Shown here piece after piece: positions 1-13,680 of a stretch of DNA of 64,000 nt (the first letter of the stretch is position 1; each line of letters opens with the position of its first letter). The translations under genes and the position numbers were made by a program. This DNA is from Octopus vulgaris (taxonomy: Eukaryota): the NCBI GenBank assembly GCA_951406725.2, contig OX597824.1, forward strand, positions 15,996,001 to 16,060,000. Direction: 5' to 3'. The notes below the pieces were generated by a model that saw only the letters and a program-made list of their open reading frames with translations, was not told where the DNA came from and did not search any database.

Positions 1-244
1 CGTTCCATAATCCTATCCAATGAGGATGATAATGGTTTTTGTCCAAGCCAGGACTACACTTTAAAGATGTTATGCTCTTTGCTTCGTGGATTATTAAGTG
101 TGTCGTCTACCATGATGTTTAAAGTCAAAACGAAACATTTTTTTTGCTAAGTATTGCCGTCAATAGGAAGCATTTCACAAAAAAAAAATTATAGAAAAAT
201 ATTCATCATTCGTTAATCGTAAAAGGGTGTTGTTTTTCCACGAT

Positions 245-449
245 AATCCTTTCTGCAATAGTCACAAAGCCTGAAATCTGGATGAGAGGGCTAGTGGATT
301 ACATCAATCTCAGAGTTGCACTGGTACTTATTTTATCGACCTCGAAAGAATGAAAGGCAATGTGGATCCTGGCGGAATTTGAACTCAGAACGGTAAGACG
401 GACGAAATGCCGCTAAGCATTTTGCCTGGCGTGCTAACGATTCTGCCAG
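245..449 (-). mobile_element. SINE family A copy
   Basis: Reverse complement matches family A: CTGGCAGAATCGTTAGCACGCC head, GAGTTCAAATTCCGCC box B, TTGCCTTTCATTCTTTCGAGGTCGATAAA core. Confidence 0.85.
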
Positions 450-680
450 GATCATTTATTGCCCAAGTTACACAGGAACAGATTATGGCTCTAAATATAC
501 AAGTCTTAGAACACGCTTCTTAATCTCCCGATCTTGCACCGTTTGATTATCACCTTTTGAGCCCATTGCAACATTATTTAGAGGGAGAACAGATTATCCA
601 TTTTGCTGTGGTTAAAAATTATATTGAGTGTTTCGTTGCTACGAAACTTGAAGTATTTCGTGTCCGTGAGATCAACAGTA

Positions 681-1063
681 TCTCTCTATATATAAACGGC
701 AGTTTGTCTGTGTGTGTATCTGCGTGTCTGTTAGGTTGTACCCTCACCCTGACCACGGCTTTCAACCGATTCTGATGAAACTTGACACACACATAGCCCA
801 ATGTCATAATTCAAAACTAACGCAGCGAAAATTTTGAAAAGTTCCCCCAGTTCTGAAAAAAATCGATAAATTCGACATGGAGTCGAGAATCAGAAACACA
901 AACCACAGACTGTCTAGGGGACGCAACTCCACCTTTTTAACTCTCAAAAAAATTTACCATAATTTTTTTTCCATTTTTTTCCTATTTTTTGGCTATAACT
1001 CTCTAAAAATGCTTTATAGTTATTTCCCTTACAAACCCGAGCAACGCCGGGTGATACTGCTAG
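681..1063 (+). mobile_element. Non-autonomous Helitron
   Basis: Starts TC (TCTCTCTATATATAAACGGC), ends CTAG, sits between A680 and T1064 with no TSD; GC hairpin CCCGAGCAACGCCGGG at 1036-1051; mariner frame resumes after it. Confidence 0.8.
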
Positions 1064-1685
1064 TACAAAATAAACGGGATTAGGTTATGAATAATGAGAG
1101 GAAATATTACTTTGATTAAATATATCAATGAAATCCAAAGAAGCATTTGTTTCTTCCCCATCATGAAATGCGGGAGTATTTCCTTTACGATCTCATATCT
1201 ATGTCTTTGCCCTGTGTCGATGTATATGTTTCATTTGTGCGTGTTAGCGTATGCATGATTCAGTGTGGAACAGCAGCAAGGACCGTTTCTGTTATAGAAA
1301 TATAATGTGAAAGACTGTGGCAGAAATTGGATATGTAGAGTGACAAGAGTGACATAGAGAAACATGAAGTGACAGATACACACACACACACGCACACACA
1401 CACACATGTATACACAATGAGAGAGAGAGAGAGATAGAGAGAGATGTGTTCTATGAAAATACGAAATGATTGACAGACACAGCAACTAAGTGAATGATAT
1501 TGAGAGGCAGGAAATGAAACTTAGAGTTAGGATGTGAATGATGCAGATAGACCGGAAGTAAATGGCGTAGCTAAAGGAATCGAGCGATATAGAATGATAT
1601 GAGCTAAGTGATATAGACTGGTAGGAAGTGAATGAGATACAGTGATGATGTGAGCGAGGTAAGTATAAGATAAACAGTAAGCTAC

Positions 1686-1743
<58 letters not shown>

Positions 1744-1861
1744 TGTTGCATTTAGGAATGGTCGTTTTGCCAGTTTAGCCAATAAAAATCACATGCACTA
1801 TATATTTGGTGTTACTTTGCTTCAGAGATAATTATTTTTACTTTAATCTTAATCTTATCTC

Positions 1862-1906
1862 GGCCAAAGTTTTTTCGCCACACTCCTGTGACCGCATCAG
1901 TGGTCC
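1862..1906 (-). ncRNA. Degenerate type I hammerhead ribozyme motif in a PLE-like element
   Basis: Minus strand GGACCA-CTGATGC-GGTCAC..GTGGC-GAAA..TGGCC; stems I and II recognisable, A9 and the cleavage site altered. Confidence 0.4.
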
Positions 1907-2386
1907 CTTGCTTTCTTCTTTCTTATTTGTGTGTCTCTCCTTACTAACGGTCAGCCATTTTGTATTTTGTATTTCTATTGTATGTGTCTTCATTTGCGAA
2001 TGCGTATATCTCTATGTGCGTCTGTTTAGTTTGTGTGTGTGTGTGTGGGGAATTGCTTGTAATATTTGTATCTCCTGTTGATATACGTTCGTGTAATTTG
2101 CATTTGTTTTTGTTTTTGTTTATTTTTATTTTGTTCATGTGTTTACACCCACTTATTATTATTATTATTATTATTATTATCATTATCAGTATTATGTATG
2201 TATGTATGTATGTATGTATGTATGTATGTATGTATGTATGTATGTTTGTATGCATAATAATAATAATAATAGTAATAATAATAAAAAAATGTATATAGTT
2301 ATTTACTTCCATTTGTTTATTTATCTGTGTATTTTATTTTATCCCCCCCACCACACACTAACTAAACAAATATATATAACTATATG

Positions 2387-2442
<56 letters not shown>

Positions 2443-2457
2443 GTGTGTGTGTTTGTG

Positions 2458-2502
<45 letters not shown>

Positions 2503-2504
<2 letters not shown>

Positions 2505-2588
2505 AAATTTATAGAAAAACAAATGTCGAAGACAGGTGTATGAACAACAAGCAAGTGTATGCGTTTGACGCTTGGGAAAATGAAAATA
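2503..2588 (-). mobile_element. Fragment of the PLE-like short element family of 11425-11620
   Basis: Reverse complement aligns with 11530-11615 (ACACCTGTCTTCG..TTTCTATAAATTT); truncated before the ribozyme. Confidence 0.6.
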
Positions 2589-3011
2589 TATATATGCAGT
2601 GAGAGAGAAAGAGGGAGAGAGAGAGATGGCTGATAGGCATAGTTATAAAGAGAAAGAGGGAGGGAGAGAAAGAAAGAGATGTACAGAGAGAAAGGGATAG
2701 AGAGAGGTACTTTTGCGATGAAATATGGCGAGCATTTCCATGGAGTGCACTTTAGCTCGTGTGAGACAGAATTAGAGCGATACAAAGATTGATAGAGAGT
2801 GGTAGAGAAAAAGAAAAGGGTGAAAATTAAAGTGCAGAGAAAAAAATTGTTGCGAGAACAATGTAACGAGGAAGGAAGGGGGATGGGTAGGAGGAGATTA
2901 TTTATGGATTGCTGAATATAGCTGTAGATATAAGAATCAATGAGATAGATTGATAGATAGACAGACAGACAGATAGATAGATAGATTGATAAATAGATAG
3001 ATAGATAGATT

Positions 3012-3100
<89 letters not shown>

Positions 3101-3344
3101 TGCAATAGAGAGCGAATGATAGATAGATATATAGATAAATATATAGATAGGTAGATAGATAGATAAATAGATAGATAGATAGGTAGATATATAGATAGAT
3201 AGAAAGCCAGAGACAGAGGGAGGGAGAGGGAGAATGAAAGAGAGAGAGAGAGAGACAAGACACAAAGAGAGGTAATATAGAAAAATAGAGAATTCACGTT
3301 ATAGTTTGTAAGGGTTGTGATAGTGGTGGTTATGGTTTGTAGCG

Positions 3345-3383
3345 GTTGCAGTAGTGGTAGTAGTAACAGCAGTAGTAGTAGCT

Positions 3384-3450
<67 letters not shown>

Positions 3451-3635
3451 CAGCCAGTAGTAGTAGTTGTTGTGGTGGTGGTGGTGGCGGTGGAGAGTGT
3501 GATGGCAGTTATGGGGGACTGTGGTGTTAATATGAATTGTGACGATGAAGTTGGCTGGGGGCGATGGCGGTATTGACGGTGTTGCTGGGTGGTGGTGGTG
3601 GTGGTGGTAGTGGTGGTGGTGGTGGTGGTGGTATT
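3345..3635. repeat. (GTA)n/(GCA)n/(GGT)n compound microsatellite
   Basis: Direct inspection. Confidence 0.9.
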
Positions 3636-3810
3636 GGTACTTATGTTAGCGATGATGATGGTGTCCGTGGGGATGGGGGGGTTGAGCGATAGATAATGGC
3701 GGCGATGAGAATGGTCATCGTGACTGTGGCACTTGTGTAATTAAGACGTGATTAGTAGTGTAACGGTGATGGTGACGGAGCTTTTGCTCCTGGAGGTGAT
3801 TCTGTTGTCG

Positions 3811-4199
3811 TCTTCTTCTTCTTCTTCTTCTTCTTCTTCTCCTTCTTCTTCTTCTTCTTCTTCTTCTTCTTCTTCTTCTTCTTCATGTTCTTCTTCTTTT
3901 TTTATTCATCTTCTTCTTCTTCTTCTTCTTCTTCATGTTCTTCTTCTTTTTTTATTCATCTTCTTCTTCTTCTTCTTCTTCTTCTTCATGTTCTTCTTCT
4001 TCTTTTTTTATTCATCTTCTTCTTCTTCTTCTTCTTCTTCTTCTTCTTCCTCTTCATGTTCTTCTTCTTCCACTTCTTCCTCTTCTTCATGATCTTCTTC
4101 TTCCATTTCTTCTTCCACTTCTTCTTCTTCCTCCACCACTTCTTCTTCATGTTCTTCATGTTCTTCTTCTACCTCTTCTTCTTCTTCATGTTCTTTTTC

Positions 4200-4231
<32 letters not shown>

Positions 4232-4557
4232 CTTCTTCTTCTTCTTCTTCTTCTTCTTCTTCTTCTTCTTCTTCTTCTTCTTCTTCTTCTTCTTCTTCCT
4301 CTCATTATTATTATTCGAACTTTCATCCTTTCGGGGTCAATAAAATGAGTACCAGTTGAATACTCGGGTCGATTTAATCGACGTACCCTCTCACCTGAAA
4401 TTAATGGCATTGTGCCAAAATTTGAAAACATTATTATAATTATTCGCAGATAAACTATCAAGGCATTCTAAAACTCTTCTTCTTCTTCTTCTTCTTCTTC
4501 TTCTTCTTCTTCTTCTTCTTCTTCTTCTTCTTCTTCTTCTTCTTCTTCTTCTTCTTC
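3811..4557. repeat. (TTC)n microsatellite tracts around a partial SINE A (4318-4435)
   Basis: Long TTC runs with repeated CATG and TTTTATTCA interruptions; SINE A core CTTTCATCCTTTCGGGGTCAATAAAATGAGTACCAG from ~4320. Confidence 0.9.
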
Positions 4558-4576
4558 TAATTATTATTATTATTAA

Positions 4577-4800
4577 GGAGGCGAACTGGCGGACACGTTA
4601 GCCCGCCGGGCAAAATATATTCATCGGCATTTCGTCCGAACTTATGTTCCGAGTTCAAATTCCACCGAGGTCGACTTTGCCTTTCATTCTTTCGTGGTTG
4701 ATAAATTAAATACCAGTAAAACTCTGGGGGTCGATGTAATTGACTACTTCCCACCTTACCAAATTTCTGGCCCCTTGTGCCTATAGCAAAAAGGATTATT
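4577..4800 (+). mobile_element. SINE family A, full length
   Basis: tRNA-like head with box B GAGTTCAAATTCC, core GGTCGACTTTGCCTTTCAT..GATAAATTAAATACCAG, tail CTTGTGCCTATAGCAAAAAGG then (ATT)n. Confidence 0.85.
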
Positions 4801-4809
4801 ATTATTATT

Positions 4810-5283
4810 GAGTGAGAGAGCAGTTCATGCCATCAAAGTGACAGTGGGGTAAAATATACGAAGCCCAATATACCCATCATGACTACCCGTCTGATAAGGG
4901 TACACCAGGCACATGCATCACAACCATATGTGCGCGACATGGTGATCTGATATCAAGATAAACAGCACATGACCTTGCAGGTGGGGCCCAGTTAGAAATT
5001 TCTTCAGGTTGAGTAGCCCATCCCGCTCAAAAGGTCCCTGAATAAGGGTTGTTTAAGGATGTTGAAAGAACCATCCATGTTTCCAGAGGTGAACTATTCA
5101 AACCCCAAAGAATCCCTCTCAACACATGGCTATGATGCTCCCCCACTACTTCTGCTCGTGATCAGAGATGCACATATCGTCAGCCACTAAGGGACATGCT
5201 CAACTGGTTAAGGTCAAACAACTGACAAGTAAATCTGTGGTATTGAGCAGAATATTTGCTGTAGCCCATCTTTTATACCAAGA

Positions 5284-5285
<2 letters not shown>
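4810..5285 (-). mobile_element. Family E non-coding retroposon in an (ATT)n tract
   Basis: Near-identical reverse complement of 24906-25419 and 25443-25953; (ATT)n on both sides; same precise end (CTCTCTCACTC), truncated other end. Confidence 0.85.
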
Positions 5286-5376
<91 letters not shown>

Positions 5377-5397
5377 TATTATTATTATTAATATTCA

Positions 5398-5434
<37 letters not shown>

Positions 5435-5699
5435 ATTATTATTAATAGTAATAGTAGTAATTATATAGACAGTCGTAGTCATGGCAATGGTGTACATGGT
5501 GGAGATGTTAATTGCTATTAAGTGCATACCTGATGCCGTGGTGGCATCTTTGGAAGTGGGGCGGCGGGGGCGGTGTTATGGTTAGGGGTTGAGGTGGTTG
5601 TGGAAGTTTGTTGGTGGATCGTGATGCTGGTGGGTGATGATGTGGACGGAGTTGTCCCTGGTAGTGACGGAGAGGATGGTAACGTGTGGCGATGTGTAG

Positions 5700-6580
5700 T
5701 GACGGTGGTGGTGGTGATATTTGTCCTGATGTTACTGTAGATGCAGGTAGTTGAGATGTAGTGGTGGTGGCGCCAGTTGAAGTAACACTGATGAAGCCAA
5801 AGGAAGTGGTGGTAATGGTGGTGGTAGTGGTTGTGGTGTTGGTTGTGGTGGTGGTACTAGTGGTGGTTGTGGCTGTGAAGGTGGTGGTCGTAGTGGTTGT
5901 GGTGGTGATGGTGGTGATGGTGGTGGTGGTGGTTGTGGATGGTGGTGGTGATGGTGGTGGTGGTGGTTTTTGTGTTGGTGGCGTTAGTGATACTGGTGGT
6001 GGTGGTGGTGGTGGTGGTGGTGGTAGTGGTTGTGGTGTTAGTGGCGGTAGTGATACTGGTGGTGTTGGTGGTGGTAATAGTGGTGGTTGTGGCTGTGATG
6101 GTAGTGGTGACGGTGATGGTGGTGGTGGTAGTGGTTGTGGTGTTAGTGGCGGTAGTGATACTGGTGGTGGTGGTGGTGGTACTAGTGGTGGTTGTGGCTG
6201 TGAATGTGGTGGTCGTAGTGGTTGTGGTGGTGGTGATGATAGTAGTGGTTGTGATGTTGGTGGTGGTGGTAGAATTGGTGGTAGCGGTGGTGGTGGTAGT
6301 GGTGATGCTGGTGGTGATGGTGGTGATGATAGTAGTGGTTGTGGTAGTGGTGGTGGTGGTAGTGGTGATGCTGGTGGTGATGGTGGTGAAGACAGTGGTA
6401 GTTTTAGTGATGGTAGTGATGGTGGTGATGCTGGTGGTGATGATAGTGGTAGTTGTGGTGGTGACGGCGGTGATGATAATGGCCATTGTGGTGGTCGTCG
6501 TGATGGTGGTGATGGGGGTGATGGTGGTAATGATAGTGGTAATGGTGGTGGCGTTGGCGGTGGTGTTTGCGGCGATGATC
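5700..6580. repeat. Degenerate (GGT)n low-complexity/minisatellite region
   Basis: GGT/GAT/AGT triplets with re-used units (GTGGTAGTGGTTGTGGTGTTAGTGGCGGTAGTGATACTGGT near 6020 and 6125); long ORFs in several frames on both strands. Confidence 0.85.
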
Positions 6581-6827
6581 ATATTTATAGACCGTTCTGC
6601 ATCGTTCTCTCGGCGTTATTTCAACTACAGCAGCTGCAGTCATTGCTACGGAAGTTACTGCCTCTTGCACTTCCCACTGTTGCTATCAGTCGCCATATTA
6701 GTGCTATACATTTTCACACCTTAGAGGCATACTTCTGCTGTAAAACATGTGGTTCTTGTTGTTGTTGCTGTCCACACACACACATACAAGTACACACACA
6801 TACATTCTTCTTTTCCTTTTTTCTTTC

Positions 6828-7229
6828 TTCTTTTACTTGTTTCAGTCATTTGACTGCGGCCATGCTGGAGCACCGCCTTTTTAGTCGAGCAAATCGACCC
6901 CGGGACTTATTCTTTTGTAAGCCCAGTACTTATTATATCGGTCTCTTTTTTGCCGAACCGCTACGTGACGGGTACGTAAACACACCAGCATCGGTTGTCA
7001 AGCGATGCTAGGGGGACAAACACAGACACACAAATACACGCGCATACATATATATATACATATATACGACAGGCTTCTTTCAGTTTTCGTCTACCAAATC
7101 CACTCACAAGGCATCGGTCGGCTCGGGGCTATAGCAGAAGACACTTGCTCAAGATGCCACGCAGTGGGACTGAACCCGGAACCATGTGGTTGGTTAGCAA
7201 GCTACTTACCACACAGTCACTCCTGCGCC
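6828..7229 (-). mobile_element. SINE family B, full length
   Basis: Head GGCGCAGGAGTG.CTGTGTGGTAAG..GGTTCAGTCCC, internal (TA)/(TG) tract, tail GGCGGTGCTCCAGCATGGCCGCAGTCAAATGACTGAAACAAGTAAAAG; more than ten copies in the window. Confidence 0.9.
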
Positions 7230-7266
7230 TACATGCGTATTTCTCTAAAGCCTTGTATTTATACAC

Positions 7267-7485
7267 CAGTGGTTTTCAACCAGGGTGCCGCGGAACCTTA
7301 GGGTTCCGCCAGTACAGTCCAGGGGTTCCGCAAGAAGTTAAAAAACTGCTAAAATCGGCAGTAATTTTTAATTCTCCTGTGCAGATATGTGTGCATAAAA
7401 CTATTAAATTATTGCACAGGGGTTCTTCGAGCCAATGGAATGTTTCCTTGGGGTTCCGCTCCAGCAAGAAGTTTGAAAACCACTG
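7267..7485. mobile_element. hAT (Charlie-like) MITE, 219 bp
   Basis: TIRs CAGTGGTTTTCAA / TTGAAAACCACTG; 8-bp TSD TTATACAC at 7259-7266 and 7486-7493; subterminal GGGTTCCGC repeats. Confidence 0.92.
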
Positions 7486-8218
7486 TTATACACATACACA
7501 CACACACGTGCACACACATGCGTATTTTTTAAAAGCCTGGTACTTATATACACAGCCATACACACACAGGCTCACAGACAGACACACAGATACATACGCA
7601 AACACCCTCACATTCGCGCATACACACAGACAGACATACACACACACACACACACATACATATACACAAAACACAGAAATACAAATCGCGTACACACGCA
7701 CAAACACACAATTATGCGCACACACGTACATGTTTAAACCTAGAGATGCACAATGGTATCTTATCTTTCAGTTCAAATATCATTTAAATTCAGTAAATCA
7801 GGGAACCCCAAACTCCCAACTGATTGCCGATCTGCTAAAAATAACAGTCGAATTTCTTTCAACTCGCTCACTCCTCTTTTGTCGAAGAAAAAATACATTA
7901 GAAAATATGATCTTCGAAATGTTATGCTTAAATGCCAAGATGCTCAGAGCGAGAAGGTGTTCGATACGGTTCAATAAATCAATCAACCGCACCACAACCA
8001 ATCATTCGATAAATCCATCACGCTATGTATGTATGTATGAAATATGTATTTATGGGTTGATGTATGTATGTATGTATGCATGCATGTATGTATGTATGTA
8101 TTTATGTATTTATGCATGTAGTTACGTATTTAAGTATATATGCATGCATGCTTGTATGTATGTATGTATGTATGCATGCAGGCATGTATCTATCTATCTA
8201 TCGATCGATCGATCTACC

Positions 8219-8252
<34 letters not shown>

Positions 8253-8936
8253 TCGATACGGCTATGTATGTATGTATGTATTGTATGTATGTATGAAATA
8301 TGTATTTATGTGTTTATGTATGTATGTACGCATGCATGTAGTTATGTATAGAGTTATGTATGTATTTATGTATTTATGCATGTAGTTACGTATTTAAGTA
8401 TATATGCATGCATGCTTGTATGTATGTATGTATGTATCTATCTATCTATCTATCAGCTACTTTAACTAACTGAAATATCTGCGTGCGAATGTCTTTGGGT
8501 GTGTGTAAATATTGAAATAAATTGTATATGTGTATACATATACACCCCCACACATCCCACAAACACACACACGCATTAGTACGAACTTACACATATGTAT
8601 ATATATATAAATACATATATATATATACACAAATACATATATGTATATATATACACAAATAAATATGAATATATATAAATATATGTATATATATATATGT
8701 ATATATATATATATACATATGTATGTATATATATATATATATACGGGGAGGATGACTCCCCTTCACAAATACTGACAGGACACAGATAGTGTTTCTATGG
8801 CCAGCTGGGGGAGATATCTTCCTGGGGCTACAAACTACAGTAACATCCACCCTTATGGGTTAGCCATATTCAAATGGCAAATATGCAACACGATGTGTTA
8901 CCGCTACTGTTTATAACTCGCTCTGAGATTTATCAT

Positions 8937-8981
<45 letters not shown>

Positions 8982-9272
8982 TATGCATATACACATACAT
9001 CTATACACAGACACACAGACACACACACACACCTATAAATATGTTTAAAGGGAAGGTCTGCAAACGAAAGAAATTGGCTGTCAACATGTTGCGGAAATTA
9101 AATTTATTTATTAACAGTTTGACTCACCCTCGCGTTACTTAAAGTTTCATATTCTTACGTATGCATACAAACACATTTGTATACATACATATGTATAAAT
9201 ACTTGTATATGTGTGTGTATATGTATATGTATGCGTGTATCTATCCCGTTATCTGTCTCTCCCCTTGTCTCT

Positions 9273-10052
<780 letters not shown>

Positions 10053-10951
10053 ATGCTTATATACATGGTTGTATATGTAACAATATTTGAACTTCAATAC
10101 ACTTAGGGGACAAATATGTTCCCTGATTCTCTGCCTGCCTGCCTGCCTGTCTGTCTGTCTCTCTCTTTGATAAACTCGAAAACTAAACTTCAGCTTCTAT
10201 TTATAGGCCTACTGCAAACCTGGGCCTAAAATGTTTAACATATTATAACAAATATAACACATAATATGTACCCTTGGTTCGCTGTATAGAAACTCTTCCC
10301 TTCATTAAGATATAAACAAAGACCGTGTTCGTACTTATCAGCAACAAGTTTAGCATGCTTTCTTTGAAAGCAATGGAGATCCTCGAAGTTTTATTTGCTC
10401 ATTCATAAATTTTACAAATGATTAATTTTCATTTTGCAGTCTAATTCGAATAGTTACCCGCACCTTCTTGTCAACAAGGATGCTGCTATGTTATTGCTTC
10501 ACCTGTCTGTTAGAAAAATCCCAAGAAATAGATAAATCCCCCCCCACCACCACCAGACATCTCTGGTTAGAAGACGTGCTCATCTAAGATTTTTGCCTCG
10601 ATAACTGAGGGACACAGTGATTTGTATTCTTAGGTTTAGTTTGATTGGAAATCAAATGACAGGATGATGAAGGTCTGTAACTCTTACGAGGAGAGCAGTT
10701 GAAAGTCAGTGAGAGCAAAAACATTTCTTTAAAATCTATGACTATTTCCGTCCAACAAAGAAGCCATTCTGTATGCTAGAAATGGCGGTCGAACCTCTCT
10801 CAAAGCGCACCTTACAGTTGAACACATTGTATAATATGGTGTTGGATGCAATATATCTTGAGCAAAACTGTGGAATGGGTACGGTTGGAAGGCCTTGATT
10901 TATTGCATCAAACTTGACATGTACCTAAGCAACAATGACAAAAATAATATA

Positions 10952-11180
10952 TATTTCTTTACTACCCACAGGGGGCTAAACACAGAGGTGACAAACAAGG
11001 ACAGACAAACGGATTAAGTCGATTACATCGACCCCAATGCGTAACTGGTACTTAATTTATCGACCCCGAATGGATGAAAGGCAAAGTCGACCTCGGCGGA
11101 ATTTGAACTCGGAACGTAACGACAGACGAAATACCGCTAAGCATTTCGCCCGGATGCTAACGATTCTGCCAGCTCGCCAC
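10952..11180 (-). mobile_element. SINE family A, full length (GTAGTAAAGAAATA tail)
   Basis: Aligns end to end with 53793-54024 and, inverted, with 20825-21060. Confidence 0.9.
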
Positions 11181-11424
11181 CTGATGCCAATAATAAGCAC
11201 AACAACAACTATGGTTAAAGTGTGTGATAACCTAAGGAAAAGCACAGACGTGGCTGGATGGTTAAGAAGTTCACTTTACATCCACATATATGTGGGTTCA
11301 GTCCTACAGAGTACCATCTTGGAAAAATACTTTTATTATAGCCTCGAGCTGGTCATTGACTTGCCTGGGAATTTGGTAAACCAGAAACCATTTGGAAGAC
11401 TGAAAGACCTCACGTTAAACCATT

Positions 11425-11617
11425 AATCCCAACAAATTTTTTCTCTCTCCATTCCTCTCTCTGTTTTTCTTTTCTTTTTCTCCTCTTAATCCTTTCTGAC
11501 GAAGAGCGCAGGCTCGAAACATTCAAAGACTTTTCCATTCTTCCCGAGCGTAAAAATAACACACCTGCTTATTGCTCGTACACCTGTCTTCGTCTTTTGC
11601 TTTCTATAAATTTGAGT

Positions 11618-11620
<3 letters not shown>
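11425..11620 (+). mobile_element. Short PLE-like element carrying a hammerhead motif
   Basis: Related copies at 43020-43215, 52075-52230 and 52385-52560; ends in (TA)n; contains CTGACGA..GAAAC. Confidence 0.7.
11492..11528 (+). ncRNA. Minimal type I hammerhead ribozyme motif
   Basis: CTTT-CTGACGA-a-GAGC(gcag)GCTC-GAAAC-attc-AAAG; canonical core, stems I and II intact; cleavage region differs from sister copies (GAAACGTC/GTA). Confidence 0.65.
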
Positions 11621-11665
<45 letters not shown>

Positions 11666-11717
11666 CATACATACGTACATATCTATCTATCTACATGTAG
11701 ATAGATATGTATGTATG

Positions 11718-11749
<32 letters not shown>

Positions 11750-11762
11750 TGTATGTATGTAT

Positions 11763-11807
<45 letters not shown>

Positions 11808-11874
11808 ACCGCGTGTGTATTGTTGGCGATATTTTCCTCTGTCTTCCCGTCCTTGGATCTTTCGTTTTTCTATG

Positions 11875-11907
11875 TTTCTGATGAAGAGCTCCTCTCGAAA
11901 CTTTAAA
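11875..11907 (+). ncRNA. Minimal type I hammerhead motif in a second PLE-like element (~11805-12012)
   Basis: TTT-CTGATGA-a-GAG(ctcct)CTC-GAAAC-ttt-AAA; element flanked by (TA)n on both sides. Confidence 0.6.
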
Positions 11908-12074
11908 TCCTCCTTCGTTCTTTCCTTTCCTGAGCGTCCAATAAAACTTTTCTTGTTCCACGTCCTCGTGTTGTTGCGTTTTCTCTTTGTGTTTTCATAT
12001 TTCGATTAACTTTATATATATATATATATGCATATGTATACGTATATACATATTTGCCACTCCGTTTTCTCTGA

Positions 12075-12352
12075 CAACGAGTGTTCGTAACAGCCTGCTC
12101 ATGAAATTATCGTATAAGTGGCTCAGTACTCCATAGAGGCGTGCAAGCCTAACGCTGTTCTCAGGGAGATTCAGTGTGACCCAGACTGTGGCAGGGCTGG
12201 GCCGTTGAACCATGGGCACAACTGATTATCACCAGCTCAGTGGACTATCGCCACTTGAGATGAAGTGTCTTACTCAAGGACAAAACGCACAGCTGCATAT
12301 CGATCTCAAGACCTTATGACAGTAAGCCGAATACCCTAACCACTGAGCCACA
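12075..12352 (-). mobile_element. Older tRNA-headed SINE sharing the family C tail
   Basis: Minus strand GTGGCTCAGTGGTTAGGG head; 12088-12215 resembles 54685-54810. Confidence 0.65.
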
Positions 12353-12362
12353 CAACTTCAAA

Positions 12363-12416
<54 letters not shown>

Positions 12417-12423
12417 CACACAT

Positions 12424-12810
12424 AGGCGCAGGAGTGGCTGTGTGGTAAGTAGTTTGCTAACCAACAACATGGTTCCGGGTTCAGTCCCACTGCGTGGCAT
12501 CTTGGGCAAGTGTCTTCTACTATAGCTTCGGGCCGACCAAAGCCTTGTGAGTGGATTTGGTAGACGGAAACTGAAAGAAGCCTGTCGTATATATGTATAT
12601 ATATATATATATGTGTATGTGTGTGTATATGTTTGTGTGTCTGTGTTTGTCCCTCTAGCATTGCTTGACAACCGATGCTGGTGTGTTTAAGTCCCCGTCA
12701 CTTAGCGGTTCGGCAAAAGAGATCGATAGAATAAGTACTGGGCTTACAAAGAATAAGTCCCAGCATGGCCGCAGTCAAATGACTGAAACAAGTAAAAGAG
12801 TAAAAGAGAG
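12424..12810 (+). mobile_element. SINE family B (short deletion before the tail)
   Basis: Same head, body and tail as the other B copies. Confidence 0.9.
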
Positions 12811-13142
12811 AGTAATACATACACGCGCGGGAACACACCCAGAGGCACAGACACATTGCGTAAACAAAAGGGTGCTGAAAAGATCCTGTCTTTGGATAGA
12901 AGAAAATACAGGTAGATCAGTTAATTATGATTTTATTCAAAATATTCTCCTCTCGGACTCACACACACGTACCCCCTCTCCCGCACAAACACCCCTACAC
13001 CCCCGCACACACACATGTTTTTTCACTCCCTCTCTTCCCTCTCTCTCACCCTTTGTTTCTCTGTTACACACACGCACGCAATGTATATTAATTAGAATTT
13101 TAAAAATGTTTTTGCAGATTCTGATTTATGTTGTTGTTGTTG

Positions 13143-13230
<88 letters not shown>

Positions 13231-13320
13231 CATTATTATTATTATTATCTCTCATCATCTCACCAGCCGATATTTTATTATAAAGTGAAATATATGTATA
13301 TGTATATATATATGTATATG

Positions 13321-13412
<92 letters not shown>

Positions 13413-13534
13413 TGTATGTATGTTAGTATACACATATGCAATGCGCATATATAGATAAATAGATGGATGAATGGATGGATGGATGGATGGATAGATAGGT
13501 AGATATAGAGAAAGATAGATAAATAGATAGAGAG

Positions 13535-13565
<31 letters not shown>

Positions 13566-13596
13566 GATAGATAAATTGATAGACAGATAGATAGAC

Positions 13597-13680
<84 letters not shown>

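Larger units (their letters stand above)
1..1118 (+). pseudogene. Decayed mariner (DD34D) transposase relic interrupted by a SINE (245-449) and a Helitron (681-1063)
   Basis: Manual translation gives colinear mariner motifs: SKPGLHFKDVMLFASW (~43-90, cf. KPGLHPKKVMLSVWW), NRKRVLFFHDN (~215-247), EHAS*SPDLAPFDYHL (~509-556, cf. HPPYSPDLAPSDYHL), and YFD* (~1107-1118) after the Helitron. Stops and frameshifts present. Confidence 0.85.

Noticed and set aside
5761-7011. 416-aa Gly/Val-rich ORF (and the antisense Thr-rich ORF) as a structural protein gene
   Set aside because: Derived from (GGT)n repeats open in several frames and runs into a SINE B; no supported splice sites or signal peptide.
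7755-7980. Possible exon after the acceptor-like TATCTTATCTTTCAG
   Set aside because: No recognisable peptide or convincing donor site; cannot be supported without transcript data.
6995-8296. 433-aa ORF
   Set aside because: Chance read-through of a SINE B, a hAT MITE and (CA)n/(TATG)n tracts.
8785-8875. Hammerhead-like motif on the minus strand (TTGAATA-TGGC..GCCAta-GAAAC)
   Set aside because: Two core positions and the cleavage site are altered; too degenerate to call.
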